From Mytilus californianus (lineage: Eukaryota), in the NCBI RefSeq assembly GCF_021869535.1, contig NW_026262679.1, positions 108,562,001 to 108,626,000 of the forward strand: a stretch of DNA of 64,000 nucleotides. Direction: 5' to 3'. How positions within the stretch are numbered: position 1 is the stretch's first letter; each line of letters begins with the position of its first letter. Positions 44,269 to 57,500 of this stretch are shown here, piece after piece. The position numbers and the translations under genes are program-made. The notes beneath the pieces are model-generated. The model was not told where the DNA came from, made no database searches, and saw only the letters and a program-made list of their open reading frames with translations.

Positions 44269-47200
44269 TGAAATACAAGCTGAACAACTTTTTTTGCTGG
44301 AAATTAACAGTGTCTATAGAGTTAAAAGTGTTGGAATGATGTCATTTAGCGACATCTCTGTATTTATTTTATTGATGTACAATAGATTGATATGGGTGAT
44401 TAAATGCGGTAATTTCAATTATAATTTCTAAATCATGCGGGCTTGCTTTGATTGGATTAAATTATCCAAACTCCGCCCTTCACGTCACTATTCCCTGTTA
44501 TCCTAAAGGCAATCTGTCAGTATAGCAATTTCAAAAGCAGCTCAATACAATTTGTAATAATTATTAATATTGTTGTGTTTTTAACGTTTAAAATATATTT
44601 TTGATATGACAGAAAGAGAAAACTTATTTTGGATGACAAAACATAAAAGTTATACAATAAAGATACATTATGAAATATAAAAAAAGGAATTATAAGCAGT
44701 TGGAGGATTATCTGACGTTCCAGTAAATTCTGAATATATTTAAATTTATTAGTTTCGCAAATAATCGATGTTTATTGGGGGGAAATGTTCTTATTAATAG
44801 GTTGTTAATTTGAACAAAACAGTCGTATATATATTTCAAATGTTAAAATCAAATTGGCATAACTTGTAATATGTAATATGTGTTAATGCATTGATAAGGT
44901 TTACTTATTAAACTATCCAGATTTTTGCTTTATTCCATATAATAAAAATATAATCTGATATCATTTCTGGAGATGTGTTTTACTTGAATGAACAATATAC
45001 CTGCTTCAAGAAACAAACAAAAAATACCCGGAAAATAAATAATGATAACAATTATTATATGTAAATGATTGCATACATATATGTAAATTTATAAATTGAT
45101 ACTTATACGTATAAATAATCATTGCATTGTTAAAGACAAAAAAATAAGTACAAAAGAGGGACCCCTAACATCGAACATTTTTTTCATTTTTTATTTGAAA
45201 TTGTACTAATTGATACGTATTTGAGTTGTTAATATGTATTTTTTATCAAACATTCTTCTTTTAAGAAGCACAACAGACTTCAACCATATTTTGAAAGGCT
45301 ATATTTTGGTTGTGAACAAGATTAATTACCGTTTCTGGATCTAAATTGAAAAAAGAACATATTTAAAAGAATTTTAAATCCATGTAAATAAAGTGAAATA
45401 AACAGTTGATAAAGATAATCCCCCTTAAGATATTATCAAAATTATCCGATTGAGAAAACAAAAACCCAGCAAAATAATGTTAACACTTCATTTATTAGTT
45501 ATATAATTATCTAATTTTCACACGAACGGTCACCAATTACATTATAATTGTACATGGAAACTACATGTTTTAACCATTTTTTTTTTAACTTATAACAATG
45601 TAAAACTGATGATATCTTCCTGTCTTTAGGCTTAGTAGGACAGTAGTTACAGAGTAATTATAATCAATTTCATCAATTAAGTTAAGAGCAACAGTAGTTC
45701 GTAATGCAAATCCACACTCAGTCAAAATGTCCAAAGGAAAAGGAAAAATTATAGATCAGACTTTACTTTAGCTGAAATAGAAGAAAACAGTTCAGATTAT
45801 ACCGTTAACCCTTTAATACAACATGCTTGATATTATTTAAATGTATGACCTCTTTTAGTGTCTTTAGACAAATAACCTAACGTTTTAAGCTTCAATTTGC
45901 ATTTTTGTATAACCCCATTTCAACATAAAGACGACAAAGGTCCCTAATATTTATAATATGACAAATAGACTTCTTTTCGTTGAGTGAATTTTTCAATTCC
46001 TGGAAGAAAAAACATTGCCGGAACCCTGTAGAAAGCAACAAATAAACGACTAGATACGTTATGTCTACAGTTTATTTATTATAGTGGTATACACTCCGTC
46101 GCTTATCGGTAAATAATGTTTGCTATCAATCAAGTCATTGAATCTGAATTATCCTGGATTTGATCAACCCTGGACACAGCTAGCTAGATTATGGTTGGCT
46201 TCCAGCAGAAGACTTACTTATTTTTCAAATTATACGAGCTCGAGATCAGACCATTTCGTTACAGAAGTTACAACAATAATATACCTCTCTATAGATCTTT
46301 GCAATGTATTGTAAAAATATGTTCTCGTAATAAATTTATTCTCGTTGAATGTTGTTGACACTTCTGAATCATAATCAGTCACTACCTCTTCAACAACATT
46401 TTAAGGGGCGCTTTTTTTGCAGCCACATGAAACACTTCCGAAGCAGCGTGGCATAAACAAGTTTTGGGATGTGCAATGTCAAAGCTATTTATACTACGTA
46501 GTTCGGACAATAATATTGACGTTAGTTGGTTTAAATTATACTTTGAAGAATAATTATGACCAATCTAGTGACATTTTTACTGCCTTTTATTGTAAAAGTA
46601 ATTTTATATTTAAATTGAATTTATGTTCGCATATACTGCACAAGTATGTCTTTAATAGAATAAGTATTATCAACATACGGGGGCTCATTTATTGTTAATT
46701 TCAACAAGTAAATAAAGTTGATCGGATCATATTAAATAGCCCATCAGTCTTAAGTTCCTAATTCTTCAACAATAGAAACCACGAGTTTAAATATTTATAC
46801 AAGGAAATCTCTTTAAATCGTTGTTTTTTCTTGTTACGCGTATTTTCTTTAAATCGAAATATTTTATAATGAGATAAATGGTCAATCCGAGTACTCATTT
46901 AAATCAAATTAAAGAGTTCAATTTTATGTATAGTTTATCTAATGTTGTAATAATTTCTAATTTACAGGCTTTTGATGCTTTGATATATGGGTACATTGGA
47001 TTTAAACAGTTCAATAACAATAAATATTCTAAGAATATTTTTTTTTCTTTGTTTGAAGTTTATAAAGATTTATAATTTGGTATGATGAATGTTTGTCTAT
47101 ATATAGTGTCGGCCGATCACCGTATCTTGTTCTTTCCATCCATCGCCATTTCCAGTCAATAAGCCATTATGTTTTCCTGTTTATGTTTTTGCCAGATCTT

Positions 47201-47809
47201 CATACCTGTTTTCTTTTAAACTATTTCTCGAGTGTTAGGCAGGGTGTTGTCTGAATCTTGGTTGTTTAACCTTTTTCGTCATTTATATATGTGTTACTGT
47301 CAAAATATTACACATCTTCACTGTTTCGACATTGGAAGAATACATGTAGCATTAATAAATTTGTCCATAAGCAACCAACAATCAATCAATAAATTTGTCA
47401 TTTATATATGACCGTTATAGGAGGCGTGGGATATACGTCAATGAGACAGCAACCCAAACACACAAAAAACCTAAAAGAAAGGTAGAAGTCAACATGTAAT
47501 CTTCAACAACAGACAAGTGTCTGTACTAAGCTTTAAATTGTTCCGGTACCGTGTGAATATATTTTACAGAGTCTATGAAAGATCTTTCATCAACAAAACA
47601 ATCCCTGAAAGAAAAAGATCCAAAATAAATGAATAAAATGGCATATAACGATACAGCCTCTGACAATGTTCCTTACTTGGGACAGGTAAATGAACTGTGA
47701 TGTGGTGAGGTTTAACTAGTTTTTGAACACTCAACCCTCTCACTTTTTACCACGATCAGTGAAATACGAAAGAATGTATGTTTTCGTATTATTTACGATA
47801 TATATCTAC

Positions 47810-47948
47810 ATCTTACACCTTACACCTTACACCTTACACCTTACACCTTACACCTTACACCTTACATCTTACACCTTACACCTTACACCTTACATCTTAC
47901 ACCTTACACCTTACACCTTACACCTTACACCTTACACCTTACACCTTA
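47810..47948. repeat. 7-bp tandem repeat (cttacac)n, about 20 copies
   Basis: Read directly; occasional cttacat variants. Confidence 0.97.
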
Positions 47949-50041
47949 CGAAATGAAATAATAATTCGTCGTATAAAGCATAAGACTTACTTCAAATTTT
48001 AATATATTGAAATAACACAAACAATTTTAATTACAGCTATGAATACGGTATTTGTGCATCCTACCTATAGAAAACGTACAGCGACAAGCTAGGTTTTCAA
48101 CTGTAAAAAAGATCGAGCTAGAATACATATAGGTGGTATTGTGCATGGCATCACGTCGGATTATTTTTATTGAAGCTACGACAATAATTCTTGGATAAAT
48201 AAGTTACAACTATTATGATTACAGTGACAATAAATCGCATCAATTATGTCAAGAAATAATGCATTTTTAAAATAAATGTTGAGAATTATCATTCATCAAA
48301 GCAAAAGTCTTCCGTTTGAACATATTTTCTTACTGTGGCAAATATTAGCACCTAAATGCTATTATATCAACATTTGTGCAAAACAATAAAATATATTATT
48401 CAACAGTTGGTGTTCTCTATACCTTCGTTAAGTTTATATTCCTTATTTCGCTTTCTATTGGTAAACGCAAATTTGCATTTTAAAGCTTTGTAATAGACTG
48501 TGTTTTTATGAATGAACTCGAGTGAGCTAATTCTCTAGCTTAAAATCACCCTTAAATATCGAGTACAATTACCCCTCCGATGTGGTGACTAAATCACTGT
48601 ACCATATTTTTATATTACTTTCATCAAACGATTAAAAAAAAAACCAAAGAACTTGCGGAAATATAAATTTGTAAATATCTTAAGTCTTAAAATTTTGTTA
48701 TACTTTTTTTTTATCAGCAAGCTGAAATAAGAATTAAGACAGGTGCTTGATGGAAAGCATCATTAAAACTTAATTTTAATCCTAAAATTCATTAAATCAT
48801 AGATATAATTACTTATTTTAGGTTCTGGCTATTATTGAGATAAACATTTTATATTTACTTTATAAACAGTTACCATAAGATAAAACGAAACGAATTACAT
48901 TATATATATGGTATTTAAAACTGGGGTTAACCGAGACAGGTGAAGTCCGAAACGACTTAATCATTTATTTTTAATTCATTAAATAAGTTTTGAATAACAC
49001 CTATTGAAATTTTTATTTCATGTTCTTGGCTGTAGGAAAAAGATTTCGTTTCAATAATAGAGAAAATTGGTATATACTGGTATTCTAATTGATGTACTAT
49101 GTCAATTAACATTGACATACATTATATTTGGCTTCGTGATCACATTTGCAAGGTGTCGTGTCTGTTATGAGCCTGGTGTCAGGAGGGACACGAATTTCAG
49201 ACCCCTTCATTTTTACATCAAATCTCTCTGGAAATAGTGCAGCCCTTGTCCCTTGAAATATTGACGGTTTCTGGTACCCACAAAATGTAAACACCCTGTA
49301 TACCCAAAAATAAAATATATAAATGTTTCATGTTTTCGTAAAAAAGTGAAAAATGTTTCTTACCACCACCATGCATTCTTCAAAATATGCAGATTAGGCT
49401 ATGTGTTATATTAAATTATTCTTTCCTCTAAATCTATATTTTTGTATACAGCTGGTGATGTGATTACATCTAGGTGACGATCATATTATATTCGGGTTTG
49501 GAGCGGGGGGCAGGATGATATTTTGCGGTTTTGCAGTTCATCAACAACTGTTGCTATATGCATGCCTCGCGCTAAAATGATAATATACTAGTAATCAAAT
49601 GATGTTCAACAGTTATTTTTAATATACACCATGTTTTAAATATATATTTATGTGAATGTTCTATGTTATACAAGTGGTTAGACTGATAAAATATTAAATC
49701 TTGAATCTGAATATCATCTGGGAACTATTATCATATAGTCTTTGTCTACTCATTAATAAGTAAAGAAGTCATGTTCTTTCAGGCGTATGTACTGCACATA
49801 TATCAGTGTATATAATCTGGTCGCTTTTTCTTACATTACTTTTCACTAACAAGAAATTTGATCAAATATTTAAATTAGAAAAAAATCTTGGTCTTTCCCA
49901 CGAACCCCCAATGAAAGAACACCCCTTCTAGTTGTCAACACGAACAGCGTTTCTATATCACACGAAACAAATATATAATAGACACCAGAGGCGCATCATT
50001 ATCGCTCATCTTTTACCTATATTTACACCAATTTTAACTAT

Positions 50042-50112
50042 ACTTACCTGTTCACACCTTTGTTTACCTGTTCACACCTTTGTCTACCTGTTCACACCTT
50101 TGTCTACCTGTT
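50042..50112. repeat. About three tandem 20-bp units
   Basis: tacctgttcacacctttg(t/tc) repeated. Confidence 0.85.
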
Positions 50113-52621
50113 ATCACTTACAAATTGATATCATTAAAGAAGCCGACAGCATGAGATTTGAAGATAATGGACAAAACAGAACTGTATTCTTGCTCAATTT
50201 GTTTTTTCTTTTGTATGCAAAGATTAAATTAGGGGCATAAAACCGAATTATCACCCGGACGGGAATTGTCTAACTTGTAACAAGTCCATATTGATCTTTG
50301 ACACATTTTCCTATAAAACTTGAAAGTTTAAGTATTGATTTTAGCACCTCAAATTGACCACCGGAGAGAAGCACTCTTAGGCTTATTAATTTGAAATAAA
50401 ATTGAAATTAAATTTGTTTACTTCTGTTGAAGAGAGAGAAATAAGTTAAATAGTGAAATAAGGTCCCTAATAACTAAAATCAGGCTTAAATGACATGGCG
50501 TAATAACTTAACAATTCATTTTATTCTTGCTATTCATTTAAATTCATTTCAGCTCTTGTAACAGCAGGGTTGTTAATTGTAACGCAAATCATTTTGATTT
50601 TGCCGGAAGTATGGAAACTTATGATTGGTCGGTCCTGCTTACTATGTTTATCACAGCAACAGTTAATTTACCAGCACCGAAGGTATGAGTCATATATATG
50701 AATAAATGTAATGCCAGAAATACAAGAAATTAATGTTACATCCCACTAAAAATCACAAAAACAAATACTAATAAAAAATCAAACTTGCACTTAAACACTG
50801 ACCAAACCTTATGTTTGTGAGAAAGGTTGTGGTAGGGATATAAACGACAAGACCGAATTCATGCAGCCGGGAAAATTAATTTTATTTTATAATTCAAGAC
50901 TTACCACTAAGTACTCAACTGACCATCAAAACTGCAGACAAGGTACTTGTAGCATTTAACGCAAATGCCTCCTTCCTTTCTCAGTTTGTCTTGATCCCCC
51001 ACACCCAACCCAATATGATATTTTCCGTTGATAATAAATCTTAAATTTTGATTGATGTTTCAATTAAAGTGGCTGCATGGAAGTAGATAATTCATAAAGG
51101 GAGAAGGAATTAGCAAAAATATTGGAGACTACAACAGACAACATCAACCACTAAAACTCGACAAACAAACAACAACGAATAACGCATAGTTCAAAGGTCG
51201 GACTATAACATCAGATATTTTTTGTTTCCAAAAAACGGACCTATTATGGGAAGAACCATTTCAATTATTAAAACATTAGGTATTTATCATGATATAGACA
51301 ATACAAAAGAAAACAGCTCAAAATTTGGAGTAGAACATGAGTAAGTAATATAACCATTAAACCATTGTGTTCAGTGTTTGTTGACCAAGCACCAGAAGCA
51401 GCATCATGATTTCCATTATTACGTCATCGGGGTTCCGTGTGGCTTATGCAAATGGACAAATATTCTAGTTATACAAATGCAGGAGTCAATAAGGGCAGGT
51501 GCATGTTTATGTCACAAGCCTATAGTTCAGTGGTTGTTCTTGGTTCATGTCTGTCAAATTTGTTTTTTGTAAATTGTTTTGGTATAATTAGGCCGTTAGT
51601 TTTCTCAATTGAATTGTTTCATATTTTTCATGTCGGGGCATTTTATAGCCGACTATACGGTAAGGGTTTTTTTCACGCATTGTTGAAGGCCGTACAGTTG
51701 CCTATAATTGCTTACATTCACTTCAATTGGACATTGGTGGATAGCTTCTCATTGGCAATCATACCACATCTCCTTATTATTTAAGCATTTAGTCTGAAAA
51801 TGAAACCCAACAGTGTTAGAATTAGATTTTTATGGTGACACATTTTTGTTCCTCAACGGGATTTGAACTCACACCTTTGATACACTACAGCAACAATCGT
51901 TTAGCCTCATGTCCAGCGCTCTAGACCACTCGACCACATCCGCTATATTAGAATATAACTTCAATTGTCGTAGTGTTACCTTGTCACGTAAGGCGAATCT
52001 ATATATACACATATGTTAAAATGTTTTAAAAAATATCTAGTCCTCCTAGTGGCTGATGAACGTGGACAAGTGTAATTAAACAGTCTAAATAGTCATCCAG
52101 ATGCAAGTGTCACCAAGGGCAGGACTGGTGCTGAAATGAAATTCTTACGTGTATGGTTTAGATTTGGTGTAAAATATATTTGGGTTTAATATGAAACTCT
52201 CTGACAAACAATTCTAAAAATACAAGACAATTGGGATAAATTATGAGAATTTTTTATTATTATTCATGAAAGAACCTATATATATAGTTCAAACAAGCTA
52301 TGGTTATTTACGAATAAACCTTAGCAGTCAGCATAAAAATATCAAAGCTAGCACTATATTCCCTAGCACGCAGTAATACCGGTATGTTGCTGCTTTAATT
52401 CATTATTGAAGTGCAATTCGTCTTTAAAATTAGAACTGGAGCATCTTGGATAAGCTTTATCTTGTGGAGTAATATACTGATATCTTCCCTTTTCAATCTG
52501 AATCGAGTGTACTGACACACGCAATCTTGTCAATTTTTTAACAATAATATCAGGGCCGTCAATTATGTGGAGGCATGTAGGCAGTGCCTCCTATTACTGG
52601 CCGACCAAAATAATAACATAA

Positions 52622-52972
52622 TAATATATACAAACAAGAATGTGTCCATAGTATACGGATGCCCCACTCGCACTATCATTTTCTATGTTCAGTGGACCGT
52701 GAAATTGGGGTCAAGACTCTAATTTGGCATTAAAATTAGAAAGATCATATCATAGGAAACGTGTTTACTAAGTTTCAAGATGATTGGACTTCAACTACAT
52801 CAAAAACTGCCTTGACCAAAAACTTTAACCAGAAAGACCAAAAACTTTAACCCGAAGCGGGACAGACGGACGGACGGACGGACGGACGGACGGACGAACG
52901 AACGGACGGACGAACGAACGAACGGACGCACAGACCGAAAAACATAATTCCCCTAGGTGAGGCATAAAAAAC
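52622..52972 (-). mobile_element. HINE-like element with a (GACG/GAAC)n microsatellite
   Basis: Microsatellite at about 52864-52930; T-rich terminus (ggcataaaaaa on the plus strand); internal duplication gaccaaaaactttaacc. Confidence 0.7.
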
Positions 52973-53410
52973 AAGAGAGAAATAGAAGCTCATCTCCAAG
53001 CTAGAACTCGATCCACATATATTTACTTGAGATACAAGAAAATGCCGAGGAGGCATTAAATGATTCTATTTTTTGTATGTACAAGCACTTTTGCCAATAA
53101 AAATGAAATTACGATCAACAAACTGGTACCATTTACGTCAACGATAAATGGCAAACGCAGCAGCTGAACCCGTGTAAAAGCATTTTAATCCCACTTGTTG
53201 CCTTGGATCATACCACCAAACATATAAACGAATGATTTGTATTGAAACCAATGCTTTAATTTTTTTTATCCCATGGTATTTACAAAACTTGATTGACGAC
53301 ATTGTAGACTTCATCGGTTGGTAAATATCAAAATCACATCCCATACCATGAGGACTTAACCAAATGAAATTCACAGGTCGACAAGTATGAATAGTATAGA
53401 AGACATGGGG

Positions 53411-53900
53411 AAATCAAAGTACTGAAGTACTGAACATCGGATGACCGCAAGTTCTGGTGGATGGTCACAAGCTCTGACTTGTCTCAGAAAAAAAAAAATC
53501 ATATCTCTATACCTGAAAGTTAGGTTAAGGACACTCTTCTGTAATAATTCGTTTTTTCTAATAGATTGGATTTGAGTAGGCATTCATATTTTCCCGCTTT
53601 TGTTGCAAAACGTTCTCGAGATATTCTTCCGCATGCGTTAACACCCATTTTTGGTATTCATGATTTGTTATTGATATATATATTTCTCACGACAAAACAT
53701 ATCTATGTTCTTAAAAATTATTTTCATTAATATTTATTGTTGAAATTTATATATAACAAGCGATAAGGAATATTATTTTGCACGCTATAATATCCACGTA
53801 ATAATACGAAATACGTTCGGTTATCAGTCAAAAGCGCAAGAAAATTTCTGCGGCAATACAACACCGGTATGACCTCTCACGGTCACATGAGATGTAAAAC
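53411..53900. repeat. Inverted homologue of 19500-20250
   Basis: See the 19.5 kb feature; this copy lacks the extra segment of about 240 bp. Confidence 0.8.
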
Positions 53901-53934
53901 TGTACCATATAACATATATGTAGTTTGTGTAGAC

Positions 53935-54028
53935 CATCGCACTTCAGCGTTACCACCATCGCACTTCGGCGTAACTATCAACAAGATAGCGTCACAGTGC
54001 CACCATCGCACCTCAGCGTGACCATCGC
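53935..54028. repeat. Short degenerate tandem repeat (accatcgcacttcagcgt-like, about four units)
   Basis: Read directly. Confidence 0.7.
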
Positions 54029-54519
54029 GGTTCATATATTTTGACCTGGGCTACTGAAATGTTGTAAATTTTGCCATTAAGATATCAGATATCAGATAGT
54101 TTGCTACTGAAAAAAAGGAAATGACTCAACATCAAAATGTTTTTAAGTTCTGTTTCTTAAACTACAAGCACTGTCGAAATAAATTTTAAAGTGTACATGG
54201 TACTTACATTTCCTTTTCTTGGAGTTTCTCATTGGGAGAAGGAGAACTAAGGATTTGTATAGTAAGAAGGATTGGAATCTCGTGGACTTTTGCATAGACT
54301 GTAATTATAATGGGTTGCTATACATATCCTTGCATAAACCTAAAGGGTCGGATTCTTAAGTGCCATTGGGCTAAAAATATATTATTTCGCTTTGATTTCG
54401 TATTATCATTCGTTATTTTTCGTTTCGTTCTCACTTTATACTTTATAAGTACCCCGTCTGAAGCTGTAAATTTTTGAAAACACATTAGAGTGACCTCCCC
54501 TTGTATTTACCGGAACACA

Positions 54520-57500
54520 ATGGCACTCACACAAGATGAACTTCGAAAAGCAATAAAAGGTTTGTTTTACGTACATAGAGCTTAATACATTTAACAAAGG
54601 ACACATGAATATCGCACAAGCCCGTTTATTTCAAATAGTTTTATATCACAAACATTTCACGCTTTTATTTAAATCTTACAGACATACTGAAGGATGCCGA
54701 TCTTGATAGCTTGTCGGCAAAGAAAGTTAGACTACAGTTGCAGGACCAGTATGACACAGACCTCTCAGATAAGTATGTTTTCAAGTACACTTATCATTTT
54801 AATTTTCTGTTATTAACCATTATTATAAGTTTTAAAGGTATAGTGGTGTGCGACACTTTTGTGTACAGTGTGTTGTGTGCACGTGGATAGTAACTCGTGA
54901 AGGTAGATAACTCTACATCAACAATGATCAGCTGATTGACAATACTGTTTAATGCATGTTAGTTTTTTTGTCTTCCTTAGAAAATGTTTATTTCCAACAG
55001 AGGTAGAACTCATGGTTGTATGAGGTTTACCTTCACCAACATTATATTGTGTATGCTCTAAATGCAGAGCTTGTATTTCAAATGGATAGATAGATAGATC
55101 TTTATTCTCATTAACTAAATTACATAGTTACAGAGATCTCATTAACTAAATTACATAGTTACAGAGATGATAATATACACAATAAAACATATTTTGCATG
55201 TGTGAAAATTACGTAAATAAATGTTTTTTAACCAGGAGGACAGACTTTCACCGATATATATTTAATAATAGATCTACACAACTTTTCTAGGAAAACAATA
55301 TTGACTGAAGTGAATACATCATTAAATTTAAGAATATTTTAAAACATTTGTGCAACAATAGTGTGGTAAATATTTATGTCGTTCTTTTTTTGAAAAAAGG
55401 GCAAGACATTACATAATGGAACTCATCGCCGATGTCAGCAGATTCACAAAGGTGACATAATCTCTGGTGATAGTTTGTTTTAAGTTTCAACTCACAAGAC
55501 CAACCCAGACACACTGACACAAAAAAAGGCATACTCAAAGAAAACAACTGAAATTTGTTTCACTTATTACAAAAAATTTTACATTTGCCTTGTGTTGAAA
55601 ATCATTATGGTGAATTTTTTCATAGTGATGCTCAGATTGTCAGTTATTGAAAATGTTGATTATAGATTATAATTTTGTTTCAACAAACCAAAATGTTCAA
55701 CTGGTCAGAAGTTTTACCAATCTTCTGCAGAAGAACCTGTTAACTGCAAAGTGAAGTATATAGTTTATTGAACTGTGTCTTCAGATACATCATTGAAAAT
55801 TGATGAATGTCCTGGAAAAGTTGGTTCCCTATTCAATAAACTAGCAAAAACATTACAAGCAATTTTCAACATGTTTCAAAACCTTAACGGTAACGAACAA
55901 TCATGTTTTTTTAAAGAAAAAAAGAAATAGATCAGTTAGTGATGGAACTTATAGAAGAGAGTCAAGATAGTCAAGAAAATGAAGATGATGCAAGTTCTGA
56001 AGAGGAGGAGGTAACAAAAATTTTCTTCGTATTTGAATTTAAAAGATACTATAGTTAACATGTATATAAAGAAATGTGTTGTATACATCAATGAGACAGC
56101 AACCTTCATGCAAATAAATAAAAACAATCTAAAGGTCAATATAAAGTCTTCAACAATAGACTGTTGGACACAGTTGTTCATCTCTTAGTTAAATATAACC
56201 CTTTGTTAAATCTTTTTAACAGATGGTTACTAACCAAGGGTTAAAATTCTGTTGTTCAACTTCTTTTTAATCCTTGGTTACTAAATGTAACTCATGATGG
56301 TTAAATTCTCAATGCATGTTAATTTTTATCAAAAGACTTATCAGCACTTTTCCAAGGTCCTAGAAAAACTGTTTGGTCAATAAATATGATTTCCTGTTAA
56401 AACAATACGCCTTTCGTTGTCTAATAAAATAGTACAACAACATGGACATGACAGAGAGTACCTTTTGTGTGAAAAGAAGCCTTGTTCATCGGATTGAGTC
56501 TACTTGGTTATAGATTACTTAATAATATTTAATTTTGCTGCATGAATTTGTTTATTGAAAAAAAGGATACATGTAACTGGGTAAAACTGATGTTGATTTG
56601 ATTATTTCTATATATATATTAGGTACAAGTAACAAATATGATCATGAACGTAAACCTCGATGCAAAAAGGGGGATGGACTGTAGATTTTTAAACTAAATA
56701 ATACATTTTTTAATACAAATGGTCATTGTTATCAATTTTCCTGGATGAAGAAAGATAAACTGTAACCTCACTGTTTTTCCCTTGGTATTATCTTGAGACA
56801 ATAATTCTAAATGGCCCTGGGGAGAACACTGAGTCTGTTTGGATGTTACTTGATTTTAGGGTTTCATCATTTACTCCTACTGTAGTAATTAAGACTGTGT
56901 ATTTCTACTTCTATTTTGTGGTTCCCCCGTATATAAATAGATGTACTTTATCTACCTGAATGTTCAATGCTCAATGTACATTATATTATGGAAGAATATT
57001 TGTTTTCATTATTTAGTTGGAGGATGAACCACCTAAAAAGAAACCAAAACCAACAAAGAAAGCCACAGCCACAAAGGTATGTAATCTTGTTTGTTTTAGA
57101 TTTTAATTGTAAACAAGTCGTGAAAAACAAAGCAGCATTTCATCATGCCAGACATGTCTGTCTGCATATGTAATTTTTGTGCAGGGACTTAGTAATTGAA
57201 AAAAAGTTTTTTAATACATTGTATTTCAATGACCAATAAGTATTTACTACTCAAGGCTGTTGTAAGCTATTGTCATCACTTTGCATTGTGGTTAGTTGTA
57301 AACTGTATATTAAAATCTAAGATTAGGAATACCTCTCAACCAACTGGGCCAATTCAATCAAACTTGGCCTGCATCATCCTTAAGAGATCTACTTTAAAAG
57401 TTATATAAGATGCTACCATTGTCAAACCCGTATGACTGCAATTGATTAGAATAAAACAAAGTGGTAAAGTAATAAAAAGTCAATGAAAAAATTTCCTGTT

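Noticed and set aside
47810-47948. (cttacac)n as a telomeric or coding (YTLHLTP)n repeat
   Set aside because: It is not the TTAGGG repeat known for molluscs, it is interstitial and short, and the peptide is a trivial translation of a 7-mer repeat.
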